DNA of 64,000 nt from Nanobdellota archaeon. Its GTDB lineage: Archaea > Nanobdellota > Nanobdellia > Pacearchaeales > GW2011-AR1. Numbering within the stretch: the stretch's first letter is position 1; every line of letters begins with the position of its first letter. Positions 36,290-46,834 of the stretch are shown in pieces. A model generated the notes under the pieces. The model ran no database searches. It saw only the letters and a program-made list of their open reading frames with translations, and was not told the origin of the DNA. The position numbers were made by a program, and so were the translations under genes. The stretch spans positions 107,158 to 171,157 of the forward strand of contig DAHWUG010000001.1 of NCBI GenBank assembly GCA_027334715.1, read 5' to 3'.

Positions 36290-36634
36290 ATGCCAACATT
36301 AAACACAGTTCATCACCATATGAGCCTGAGAAAGAGGATTCATCAAAAAAAAGAAGCTTATCCGCACCCAACGCTTATCGGAAGAGCTCTTGACAGGATA
36401 ATATACCTGAGTGCGATAATTCTGCCTTTGCTGAACACGATACAATTATACAAAATCTGGACAACACACAGTGCTGATGGATTGTCATTGCTTGCCTGGA
36501 TAGGATTTTCATTTTTTTCACTTATGTGGATGTTTTATGGTATTCTTCACAAGGAAAAACCAATAACATTCCTTAACGCAGGATTGTTTATAGTACAGAC
36601 ATTGATAGCATTAAGCGTAATTCATTTCAGATAA
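36290..36634 (+). CDS. PQ-loop / SemiSWEET-like small transporter
   Basis: The three-TM core LSAIILPLLNTIQLYKIW....ADGLS...W..F...S..WMFYGIL.KEKPI...N aligns with SemiSWEET. The track start at 36203 is GTG; I used the ATG at 36290, which has a TATA-like AAGATATAAAT upstream. Confidence 0.6.
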   Translation: MPTLNTVHHHMSLRKRIHQKKEAYPHPTLIGRALDRIIYLSAIILPLLNTIQLYKIWTTHSADGLSLLAWIGFSFFSLMWMFYGILHKEKPITFLNAGLFIVQTLIALSVIHFR

Positions 36635-36635
36635 A

Positions 36636-37136
36636 ATGATTTTATATCTAATTTTAGGAATAATCTGCTTTCTTATTGTCTTTTTTTGGCTTTCTGGCTT
36701 TATTTACGGAGCACCTTACCAAGCTTCAAGCACTTCAGCAGCAAAGAAAATGGTTAAGCTTTCACAAGTGAAAAAAGGTCAGAAAGTTGCAGATCTTGGC
36801 TCTGGAAATGGGAAGCTCGTGATTGAATTTGCAAAAAAAAGGGCAGTAGTTACTGGCTTTGAGATAAATCCTATTCTTGTATTGGTTTCAAGATGGAAAA
36901 TTAGAAAGCTTGGATTGCAGAAAAGAGCAACAATCAAGCAACAGAACTTCTGGAATGTCAGTTTGTCCAAGTTTGACATTGTTTCTGTGTTTCAGGTATG
37001 GCATGTAATGCCCAGTTTGGAGAAAAAACTTAAGAAAGAGATGAAGAAAGGTTCCAAGGTTGTTTCAAACACATGGAAGCTAAGAGGAATGAAGCCTGCA
37101 AGGAAAGACGACCATGTTTTCATGTATAAATTCTGA
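36636..37136 (+). CDS. class I SAM-dependent methyltransferase with N-terminal TM
   Basis: 166 aa with motif I, VADLGSGNGKL. Confidence 0.6.
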   Translation: MILYLILGIICFLIVFFWLSGFIYGAPYQASSTSAAKKMVKLSQVKKGQKVADLGSGNGKLVIEFAKKRAVVTGFEINPILVLVSRWKIRKLGLQKRATIKQQNFWNVSLSKFDIVSVFQVWHVMPSLEKKLKKEMKKGSKVVSNTWKLRGMKPARKDDHVFMYKF

Positions 37137-37240
37137 ATATAGTAGTATTTCCCATTATTCTATATCAAGAAATATGGTTTCCAAAAGATTTAAAAGCACA
37201 TCACTGATGGGATATATACATTAAAATACACGCATCCAAA

Positions 37241-37507
37241 ATGAAAGACAATTTTGACATCTTTTTTAGGAGAAAGCCGGCGTTAATGCTGGTCTCTTTG
37301 AAAAAGAACACAAGGATGAGGTATGGTAGTATTTTGGCTAAGGAAGTTGATTGCACGTATAGCCATGCAGTGAAGATACTGCAGACACTTGAGGCTTTGA
37401 GCCTGGTCGATTTCGAAAAAAGAGGGCGGATAAAGGTAATAAAATTGACCAAGAAAGGCAAAGAAGTTGCAGACGCAATTGAGAACATTCAAAAGCTGAT
37501 AAGATAG
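37241..37507 (+). CDS. winged-helix transcriptional regulator
   Basis: 88 aa with a wHTH pattern: RYGSILAKEVDCTYSHAVKILQTLEALSLVDFEKRGRIKVIKLTKKG. Confidence 0.55.
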   Translation: MKDNFDIFFRRKPALMLVSLKKNTRMRYGSILAKEVDCTYSHAVKILQTLEALSLVDFEKRGRIKVIKLTKKGKEVADAIENIQKLIR

Positions 37508-37657
37508 TTATTCTACCGCCCCAAATTTATTTATTTTTCTTATTTGTTAATGTTTTTCTTGTTTTTTTCTTTTTATTTTCTTTATTCCCATCCACCCACC
37601 CTATTTTAAAGGGAGAAAAAGTTTAATACTAAGTTATTGTTTGTTCTATGATAAAAA

Positions 37658-37855
37658 ATGGTCCTTCAGTATAAACTGAAAAAGGAGAAACGCTGGAAAA
37701 AATATCCTGGAAAGGAGAAGTTAAAAGAAAGTGTTGGAAAATATGACTTTCGCTTGTTAAATGAAGCTAAGACAAAGGTTCTTGTGCCGAAAGGCAGTTA
37801 TCAGCATGTTCTAAAAAGATTCAGGCAGATTGAGTATTTCAAGAACAGAAATTAA
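37658..37855 (+). CDS. small basic hypothetical protein
   Basis: 65-aa ORF. Nothing recognised. Confidence 0.3.
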   Translation: MVLQYKLKKEKRWKKYPGKEKLKESVGKYDFRLLNEAKTKVLVPKGSYQHVLKRFRQIEYFKNRN

Positions 37856-37859
37856 AGGA

Positions 37860-37979
37860 TGGCCCCGATGGGATTTGAACCCACGACACCTGGATATCTC
37901 CATGTTCTTTCGCAGAACTTCCGCGGGAAAACCCGCGTCGTAAGAGTCCAGTGCTCTGACCAGACTGAGCTACGGAGCC
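37860..37979 (-). tRNA. tRNA-Lys (CTT) with 45-nt intron at 37/38
   Basis: The reverse complement folds as GGCTCCG TA GCTC AGTCTGGTCA GAGC A CTGGA CTCTTA[45-nt intron]A TCCAG GTGTC GTGGG TTCAAAT CCCAT CGGGGCC A. The intron contains the GC hairpin CGCGGGTTTTCCCGCG. Confidence 0.8.
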
Positions 37980-38097
37980 TTCATTTCATTTGTCTCCTGC
38001 TGCAATGAGATTCTCCCTTAAATCTGGGCATCTCATAGAGTTACGGAGCCGTATTGTATAAAAGAATAAAACTTATGTCTTAAAAAACTATTTGTTT

Positions 38098-38688
38098 CTA
38101 AACAGAAACAAACCTTATTGTTGTCTGGGCCATTCTTCTGTGAAACTCTATGTTTGCATTTTCCTTCTTTGCATCAAAGACAAGCAATTGGCATCCTTCC
38201 CAGAAAAGCCACCATCCGCCCGGCTCGAGAAGAACGGTGAAGAAGCTTGTTATGAATGTATTGTTCTGGTATTTGAAGATGAGGAAAGTTGCTGCAAACA
38301 TAAGCAAAATTCCAGACAGAACAAACCAGATACCCTGATTGACTATTTTCTGCTTTTCCTTGTCAAGAATATCAGAGTGTTTTCTGAAGTATTTTTTCAG
38401 CCTGTCTGCTATTATTGACTCCTTTTTTATGTTTCTCGCATTTTTTGGTACAGTGAATATAAAATCAATTCTTCCTGCCTGCTTTACAAGGCTTGCCCTT
38501 CTCGCTTCTTCAAGAAAATCTTCTGACAGCCCCCTTTGCACAATAGGCCTTGGGTCAAAATCGGAGAAAATTTCATCATAATTGTTTATTGCAAATCTTA
38601 TCTCAGAACTTTCCTTAAGCTCAGCCAGTTCTTCCTCCCTTTCTTCCTCTTCTTCCAAATCTCCTGTCAATTCACCCCCTAATTCCAT
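38098..38688 (-). CDS. membrane protein with acidic N-terminus
   Basis: 196 aa with an EEEEREEE N-terminal stretch and two C-terminal TM helices. Confidence 0.45.
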   Translation of the reverse strand: MELGGELTGDLEEEEEREEELAELKESSEIRFAINNYDEIFSDFDPRPIVQRGLSEDFLEEARRASLVKQAGRIDFIFTVPKNARNIKKESIIADRLKKYFRKHSDILDKEKQKIVNQGIWFVLSGILLMFAATFLIFKYQNNTFITSFFTVLLEPGGWWLFWEGCQLLVFDAKKENANIEFHRRMAQTTIRFVSV

Positions 38689-38809
38689 TAAGAATATAAT
38701 TGATGGATGTTTTTAAAGTTTAGGAATTAATATCGTTAAAACACTATTCTAACGCCCAAATTCCATGAATCATAATTAAGACATTTTAACTTAAAATTTT
38801 ATAATAAAA

Positions 38810-39118
38810 TCAGCGATATTCCCGCCAGGTAAAATCGCATTTTGTACACTTGAAAAATTTTGTCTCTGATTCATCGCTTGCTCTTGTCTGCATTGTCCAA
38901 AAATAAACCTTATTGTGCCCGCATTTCTTGCATTCCCCGTCAATTATGGGATAAATCTCAACATCCTTGTCCTTTACAACAGCTATTTCCTTTTTTTCAT
39001 CCATTTTTTCAGAAGTTTTTAATTTGACCCTTGATTTTGATGCATAATTGCATCTAATGCAACCATCATTCTTCCTTTTCTGCACAAGAACAGCTCCGCA
39101 TTTTGGACAAAATTCCAT
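38810..39118 (-). CDS. tfs: transcription elongation factor TFS / RpoM
   Basis: 102 aa. It has an N-terminal zinc ribbon (CPKCG...CIRC) and a C-terminal ribbon (CKKCGH...QTRASDE...F.C.KC) with the acidic-loop motif. Confidence 0.8.
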   Translation of the reverse strand: MEFCPKCGAVLVQKRKNDGCIRCNYASKSRVKLKTSEKMDEKKEIAVVKDKDVEIYPIIDGECKKCGHNKVYFWTMQTRASDESETKFFKCTKCDFTWREYR

Positions 39119-39230
39119 GTTGTTTTTTTATCAATTACCTATTTATATACCTTTTGCAGCTTGTCTGCCTTTTTTAGCATCAAACTGCACTGATTTATAT
39201 TATATTGTATCCTGTTTTTAATGTTATCTG

Positions 39231-39860
39231 TCAGTTCTCATGGCAAAATCCTCTTTCTGAAGCAGGATTCTGCCAGTCGTAAAATATGAGCTTTACCCAT
39301 CCAAGATATGGGGCAATTTTCAATGCAGCTTTCCCAACAATTTGATTTCCTGTTATTCCGTTTTCAAAGCTTAGCTGGCCGTTGTTGTTGTCCCCCTCTG
39401 TCGAAAATGTTCTCTGTCCATTCACTTCAGTTATGTTAATGACTCTATGAATTATTGGATTTGCCTGACCTGCATTAAATATAATAATATCCCCGATTTT
39501 AATCTTTGAAGGATCTGCATGAACTATGAAAAGAATATCCCCCTTGTTAAAACCGTTTTTTAGTGGAAAACTCTGAAAATCAAGCTTGTTTATTATGTAA
39601 GGAGCATATTTTTCCTCATGTCTTGCCCACCACTCATCAAAATTGCTGAACAGATTACCCTGATGATACATACTGCAGGATTCAACAATTGCCAAAGGCA
39701 TAGAGGTTCCTGCAACAATGCTTAATCCAGGAAAAAAAATGAATTTTATAAAAATGAAAAGAAAAATCAGGGAGAATATCCACCCCTTTAGGCTATCATC
39801 CTTCCAGAGAAGGAACCAGAACTTATTCCAATAATATCTGAACCCCTTTTCCGAAGCCAT
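39231..39860 (-). CDS. signal peptidase I (archaeal/eukaryotic Sec11 type)
   Basis: 209 aa with an N-terminal TM, a VESCSMYH segment (Ser box), GDIIIF, IIHRVI (His box) and TEGDNN. Confidence 0.65.
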   Translation of the reverse strand: MASEKGFRYYWNKFWFLLWKDDSLKGWIFSLIFLFIFIKFIFFPGLSIVAGTSMPLAIVESCSMYHQGNLFSNFDEWWARHEEKYAPYIINKLDFQSFPLKNGFNKGDILFIVHADPSKIKIGDIIIFNAGQANPIIHRVINITEVNGQRTFSTEGDNNNGQLSFENGITGNQIVGKAALKIAPYLGWVKLIFYDWQNPASERGFCHEN

Positions 39861-40245
39861 TAGACATTTAATTATTAATAGTTTTTAAAGTATTTGTAGA
39901 GAATTTATACAACAACAAAAGATGTTACTGGAATGCCGGTGAATAGATCAATTTTTAATTTCATAAAAGGGCCTTGCTAAGATGTCCCAAAAGACATCTT
40001 TGGAGCCAGGAGAATTTGCATCTTCTGTAAGTTTTGTTCAGTTTGATATTGTGAAGAGCTAGGTAAGAAATCAGGATTTATATCACGGAAACTCTGCACT
40101 TTAGTATGGAGTGGATACCATTTTAAACATAAGTTTAAGGGAATTCCTTTCTCAGAGAAAAGCAATGTTTAAACTTTAATAAATTTACGTGCAAGAAAGG
40201 TTCATTTATGTGCAGAATTTAATTTATATGCAAAGCCATGACTAC

Positions 40246-40260
40246 CGAAATATTTAAATA
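40246..40260 (+). promoter_or_regulatory. BRE/TATA-like element CGAAATATTTAAATA
   Basis: It is a near-consensus archaeal TATA (TTTAAATA) with an upstream purine-rich BRE-like CGAAA. It lies in a gene-free region about 190 nt upstream of the next CDS. Confidence 0.3.
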
Positions 40261-40329
40261 GTATATCTTTTATGTGTATACATTGAAGTGTATATACACA
40301 AAATATACAACCTCTTTTCGACCCAACCG

Positions 40330-40357
40330 CCGTGTCTGAAAATGACACGGTTGTTTT
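40330..40357 (+). terminator. hairpin CCGTGTC-TGAAAAT-GACACGG followed by TTGTTTT
   Basis: A perfect 7-bp inverted repeat was read at 40330-40336 and 40344-40350, followed by a T-rich run. Confidence 0.35.
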
Positions 40358-40450
40358 ATGCTAAAAAAACAAAAGAAAACGAAAATAAAAAAACAAAAAA
40401 ATGAAAGCAAATCAGAAAAATTTTAATTCATTCGCTACAGGAAGTGCCAA

Positions 40451-40879
40451 ATGACAGACGTTTTTGACAACACAATCCTTTGCAACAAATGCAATGTTAA
40501 AATGCAGAAAGCCCAGATTATCAGAAATGGATTTGCATTAAGGGCTGTTGTATGCCCAAACTGCGGCTCAAAAATAATTCATCCAAATGATGAAGCAGAA
40601 TTTGGAAAATTCAACGACTTAAAAAGCAAGGAATTTCATGTCAAAATGAGGCTTGTCGGTAATAGCTATGCTGTTTCAATACCAAAAGAAATAGTCTCCT
40701 TCATAAAAGAACAGGAAAAAATAATGAATGACATGGTCAAGCTTTGCTTTGAAGATTTTGGAAGATTAAGCCTGAATTTCGGGCAATCTCAGATAAATGG
40801 GCCTGAAAAGGAAGCTGAAAAAGAAATTCATGCTAATTTAAATGGAATAAGGGTAACTGAGATAAAAAAGAAAAAATGA
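40451..40879 (+). CDS. zinc-ribbon plus SpoVT/AbrB-type swapped-hairpin domain protein
   Basis: 142 aa with CNKCN...CPNCGS followed by MRLVGNSYAVSIPKEIVSFIKE, an AbrB/MazE-like motif. Confidence 0.6.
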   Translation: MTDVFDNTILCNKCNVKMQKAQIIRNGFALRAVVCPNCGSKIIHPNDEAEFGKFNDLKSKEFHVKMRLVGNSYAVSIPKEIVSFIKEQEKIMNDMVKLCFEDFGRLSLNFGQSQINGPEKEAEKEIHANLNGIRVTEIKKKK

Positions 40880-41016
40880 AAATAGTGCTGGAAATAAGCG
40901 AAAAAGAGAAAAGAGCATTAAAAGAAGCTGGGCGTGGCATAAAGGACTCATTCAATAAAATAAAAGATAGCTTTCAGGTAAGGATTGTCAAGGACAAAAA
41001 GGAGAGGAAAAAATAA
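40876..41016 (+). CDS. 46-aa Lys/Glu-rich small ORF (not in track)
   Basis: Its ATG overlaps the upstream stop (ATGA), and its stop lies 2 nt before the cdc48 ATG. Translation: MKIVLEISEKEKRALKEAGRGIKDSFNKIKDSFQVRIVKDKKERKK*. Confidence 0.3.
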   Translation: MKIVLEISEKEKRALKEAGRGIKDSFNKIKDSFQVRIVKDKKERKK

Positions 41017-41018
41017 AG

Positions 41019-43367
<2,349 letters not shown>

Positions 43368-43401
43368 ATAAACTTTTATACCTTATTTTTTACTAAAGTG
43401 A

Positions 43402-44232
43402 ATGCCAGAACCAAGTAATTTCGCTCATGAAATACTAAAGAGTAAAAAAGAATTTTTTATAAACACTGTTCGTGATGCTTCTAAAAAATTCGGAATTTCA
43501 CAACCTATAGTTAGATTTTGGAATTGCCCAAACTTTAGCGGTCATGAAATAGCTCATTGTCACACTAATTCCTTTACCATTTGCATTTCCGAGTCCGTAT
43601 TATCTGATTTAGACAATAGTGAGATATATGAAACTGCAACACATGAAGTTACTCATTTAATTCACAAAAATCATGATGTGCATTTTCACAACATTCAAGA
43701 TGCCTTGAAAATAGCTTCTTTTAAACCAGAAAGGGGTGGAATAGTGCAAATAAGTGAAAAAGAGTTGTCTAAAACAAATAAAGACAAAAACAATTACTCT
43801 CCTAACAAAAGAAAATGCAATTACATCCAATCAAAAGAACATATCAAAAATACAGTTAAAGAATGCATTTTTTGTAAACGATTTTTTTGTGAAAAACACT
43901 TAACCCCAAGACCAATATTATACAATCAGGATTCATATATAATTCCTTACCGTTTTGAGAAAGAAGTTAACAATCAAGATTCTCACCCATGCCCGAATTA
44001 CACTTTAGTTTTTCTTACTAAAATAAAGAAATTTAGAGAAGAAGAAAATAAAAAAATTAATAATTTATTAAGAAAAAATAAATATAAAGAATTTAGTATC
44101 AATTTTAAAGAAGATAATCAGAGAAAAAAGATTGTTGAAGTTAAACCAAAAACAAACAATATAAAAAAATCTCTTATTCTAAAAAAGAAGAAATCTCTTT
44201 TTAAACGTATTAAAAATTTCTTAGAAAATTGA
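43402..44232 (+). CDS. WLM/SprT-like zinc metalloprotease fused to AN1-like zinc finger and Lys-rich tail
   Basis: 276 aa. HEVTHLIHKNHDVHF matches the HExxHxxxxxH(D)..F pattern of WLM/SprT minigluzincins. CIFCKRFFCEKH...HPC resembles the C-x2-C-x4-C-x2-H...H-x-C half of an AN1 finger. Confidence 0.55.
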   Translation: MPEPSNFAHEILKSKKEFFINTVRDASKKFGISQPIVRFWNCPNFSGHEIAHCHTNSFTICISESVLSDLDNSEIYETATHEVTHLIHKNHDVHFHNIQDALKIASFKPERGGIVQISEKELSKTNKDKNNYSPNKRKCNYIQSKEHIKNTVKECIFCKRFFCEKHLTPRPILYNQDSYIIPYRFEKEVNNQDSHPCPNYTLVFLTKIKKFREEENKKINNLLRKNKYKEFSINFKEDNQRKKIVEVKPKTNNIKKSLILKKKKSLFKRIKNFLEN

Positions 44233-44334
44233 AGACACATTCATAAAGAGCGCAAAGACAGCTGTGCCTTTAGAAGGCAGTTACCTGGGTTAGAGACAAG
44301 CAAAATTTAAAAACAGAATTCTCCAGAATTTTTT

Positions 44335-44760
44335 ATGGCAGAAGAAAAAAAGAAAATCCTATACGCTGAAGATTATGAGAGCCTTAGGATTGTTACAATG
44401 AATGTGCTTCAAAAAGAGTTCTCAGGTTACAGTATTGAACAATTTGCAGATGGCTCGCTATTAGAAGACAGATTGAAACAAGGGGCTGAAAATATAAGGC
44501 TTGTGCTTCTTGACCACAACATGCCAGGAAAAAAAGGCATTGATATAATAAGAGAATATTCAAGAACAAAAGATTTCATAAGAATTCCATTTGTGCTTTA
44601 TTTTTCAGACAAAGAGCACTTGGGATATAATGCACTTATTGATGGCGCTTTTGCCTATGTTCCCAAGGGAATTGCAAAAATAGGAGATCTTATCTTTACA
44701 TTAAGGAAAGCTTTGAAATATGCTGAAGTGCACGCAGAATTTACAGAGTCGTTACAATAA
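44335..44760 (+). CDS. stand-alone response-regulator receiver domain protein
   Basis: 141 aa with a CheY-like pattern: KKILYAEDYE...LVLLDHNMPGKKGIDII...PFVLYFSDK. Confidence 0.7.
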   Translation: MAEEKKKILYAEDYESLRIVTMNVLQKEFSGYSIEQFADGSLLEDRLKQGAENIRLVLLDHNMPGKKGIDIIREYSRTKDFIRIPFVLYFSDKEHLGYNALIDGAFAYVPKGIAKIGDLIFTLRKALKYAEVHAEFTESLQ

Positions 44761-45700
44761 CCTTATTTTTCTTGACAAAAATTGTATGCTCTGCCTGGCT
44801 GACTTTTGAACCAGACACTTCAACAAGCTGGGAAAAATGATGGAGGTTCCCATTTGCTTCCAATTCTCTTAATGCCAAAGCTGAACTTGATCCTAATTTT
44901 TTAGAAAGCCATCTTGAGCAGAAAGGAAGAGTTTTGTATTCTTTTTCTATGAATGCAAGAGTTTTTCTTGCGAGCTCGCTTCTTGGCTTTTTGTCACTTT
45001 CAATCTGGTATATTCCCGAAGGCCTACCATCCCTGACTTTTCCGTTGCCTTTTGTTGCAAATGGCTCAATTGCATAAAGGCCTTCCCCAAGAATGACATT
45101 CTTCCCGTCATTTATATTTGGAACTGTAATTCCTGCATGAAGATCATATTGTTCCATGCTGTGCCCTGAAAGATTTATTACCGGAGTGAGACCATATTTA
45201 TCTATTGTATTTTGAATAACCTTGCCGATTTCATTAACATAAATATTCCTGCCTTCCCACCCGAGAGAAGGATTGTTAACAGATGAACCAGCGACTTCTG
45301 ATTTATTATTAGCGTTTATTTTTTCTTCAATCAAACTTATTGCATTTTTCAAAGCCTCTTCTGCAGCCTCAATCAGCTTTTTGTTTTCTTCTGAACCATC
45401 AAGGTCAAAAGAAATAGAATTATCAGATGTCCATCCATCAACATGAACGCCGAAGTCAACCTTAATCAGGCCGTGAGCAAGGGTTTTGTCATCATAGCTC
45501 GGAGTGTAATGCGCCGCAATTTCATTTATGCTTAAATTTGTAGGAAAAGCAGGCTTTCCGCCAAGTTCTTCAATTTTCTTCTCTATTTTTTCAGCTATTT
45601 CAAGAAGAGGAACACCTGGCTTTACAATTGTCTTTGCAAAATCTCTTGTCTCCCTTGTAATTTTCCCAGCCTTAAGTATTTTTTCTTCATTCAGCTCCAT
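44741..45700 (-). CDS. map: methionine aminopeptidase, type II
   Basis: About 319 aa with FPTNLSINEIAAHYTP, DFGVHVDGW, the SGHS..QY.LH. pattern and a C-terminal winged-helix insert. The track start at 45718 is TTG; the ATG is at 45700. Confidence 0.85.
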   Translation of the reverse strand: MELNEEKILKAGKITRETRDFAKTIVKPGVPLLEIAEKIEKKIEELGGKPAFPTNLSINEIAAHYTPSYDDKTLAHGLIKVDFGVHVDGWTSDNSISFDLDGSEENKKLIEAAEEALKNAISLIEEKINANNKSEVAGSSVNNPSLGWEGRNIYVNEIGKVIQNTIDKYGLTPVINLSGHSMEQYDLHAGITVPNINDGKNVILGEGLYAIEPFATKGNGKVRDGRPSGIYQIESDKKPRSELARKTLAFIEKEYKTLPFCSRWLSKKLGSSSALALRELEANGNLHHFSQLVEVSGSKVSQAEHTIFVKKNKVIVTTL

Positions 45701-45714
45701 TTTTGTTATTAAAA

Positions 45715-45912
45715 TCAAGGCACATATTTACTAAGTAATGCTATTAACAATGTTATCACTATTATTAAAATGAAGAGCCATATCAATCCCCTTACATCAA
45801 ATTTAATATTTTTATCTGCTTTTCTCAAAGGCAAGACTGGTTCATATTTCTCAAGCCCGGGATTAAATCTCATTGGAAGCTTTATTTCCTTGACTTTTCT
45901 TTTGACTGCCAT
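45715..45912 (-). CDS. small single-TM protein
   Basis: The track ORF starts at 45972 inside repeat copy B. I trimmed to the ATG at 45912 (65 aa), which has a TATA-like element 19-31 nt upstream. Confidence 0.4.
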   Translation of the reverse strand: MAVKRKVKEIKLPMRFNPGLEKYEPVLPLRKADKNIKFDVRGLIWLFILIIVITLLIALLSKYVP

Positions 45913-45943
45913 TTTTATTGAAGAAAACAGTATTTTATAAAAG

Positions 45944-46043
45944 CTTTCCCACCCGCCCACCCTAAAATCCAATTGTTATAATAATAACTCATTTAGACTT
46001 TTATATTAGCATGTTTTTAGCGAGCCGAAGGATTGAGGCGAGC
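45944..46043. repeat. composite intergenic repeat, copy B
   Basis: TTCCCACCCGCCCACCCTAAAATCCAATTGTTATAA ... TTATATTAGCATGTTTTTAGCGAGC ... GCGAGC aligns with copy A (941-1030). Confidence 0.65.
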
Positions 46044-46054
46044 ATTATAAAAAA

Positions 46055-46792
46055 TTATACAATCTTGAAAACAGCTGTTACGCTTGCAGAAATGTCCTGG
46101 CTGCTTGGCTGTATGTTTGTCGCTTCTGTCTTAACCTGCGAAGGAGTTGCTCCTGCACCGCTGACAGCTAGCCAAGGCATGTAATTATAATTGTCAACAG
46201 ACACTGAAACTAAAGAGCCAACCTTTTTTCTCAAGCCATCTGCAACAGCCTGTGCCTTTACTGCTGCATCCTGTGCAGCAAGTTCTATTGCCTGAGCCTT
46301 GTACTTGTTCTGGTTGTCTTGGCTTAATTCAAAGTTTATGTAGCTAATGCCCGCACCTGCTGAAACCCCTGCGTCAACTACTTGTCCTATTTTTTCTGTG
46401 TTATTTACTGAAAGCTGAACTCTTATCAAATGGGTTGCCTTGTAATCTATCAATCTTTGGGTTCCTTGGCTGTAATCATATTCCGGATAAACACTGTAGC
46501 TTTGTGTCTGTATATCTCTGCTTGAAAATCCATCATTTATCAGAGCGTTTGTAAGATTATCGACAATTGCAGAATTTTTGCTGCTTGCATCCTGAATAGT
46601 TGAACTTTGTGTTTCAACACTGAAATAAATCCCAACCAAATCAGGCATTACATGAATTGTTGACTGTCCTGCAACGCTTACTGTATTTTGCGCTGATGGA
46701 TTTAATGAGTTAAGTATTATAGCGCCAAGTATTATTGCTCCTATAACAATTATTAATGTTATTTTTACAGAATTAGACTTGTTTGCTGCCAT
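46055..46792 (-). CDS. SIMPL-domain (DUF541) protein with N-terminal anchor
   Basis: 245 aa with an N-terminal TM and an I.V.G......PD......SVE........A........V......L...G......IQT..YSVYPEY pattern. Confidence 0.7.
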   Translation of the reverse strand: MAANKSNSVKITLIIVIGAIILGAIILNSLNPSAQNTVSVAGQSTIHVMPDLVGIYFSVETQSSTIQDASSKNSAIVDNLTNALINDGFSSRDIQTQSYSVYPEYDYSQGTQRLIDYKATHLIRVQLSVNNTEKIGQVVDAGVSAGAGISYINFELSQDNQNKYKAQAIELAAQDAAVKAQAVADGLRKKVGSLVSVSVDNYNYMPWLAVSGAGATPSQVKTEATNIQPSSQDISASVTAVFKIV

Positions 46793-46834
46793 AATAGAAA
46801 TAAAGTCCTCCTGTTTATAAATTTTAAGTGAAAC

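Noticed and set aside
39982-40179. A plus-strand frame in the gene-free island is open for 65 codons apart from two in-frame TAGs, ending in TAATAA. Together with the TAG-interrupted ORF at 2242-2511, this raised the idea of TAG read-through or recoding.
   Set aside because: MetRS (stop at 15469-15471) and the wHTH regulator (stop at 37505-37507) clearly terminate at TAG, so TAG is a normal stop here. The frame is short, has no recognisable motifs, and the opposite strand is also open. This fits chance or decayed sequence.
44262-44278. A short hairpin, TGCCTT-TAG-AAGGCA, downstream of the WLM-like gene, considered as an operon terminator.
   Set aside because: The stem is only 6 bp with a 3-nt loop, and no T run follows. 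This is too weak to call.
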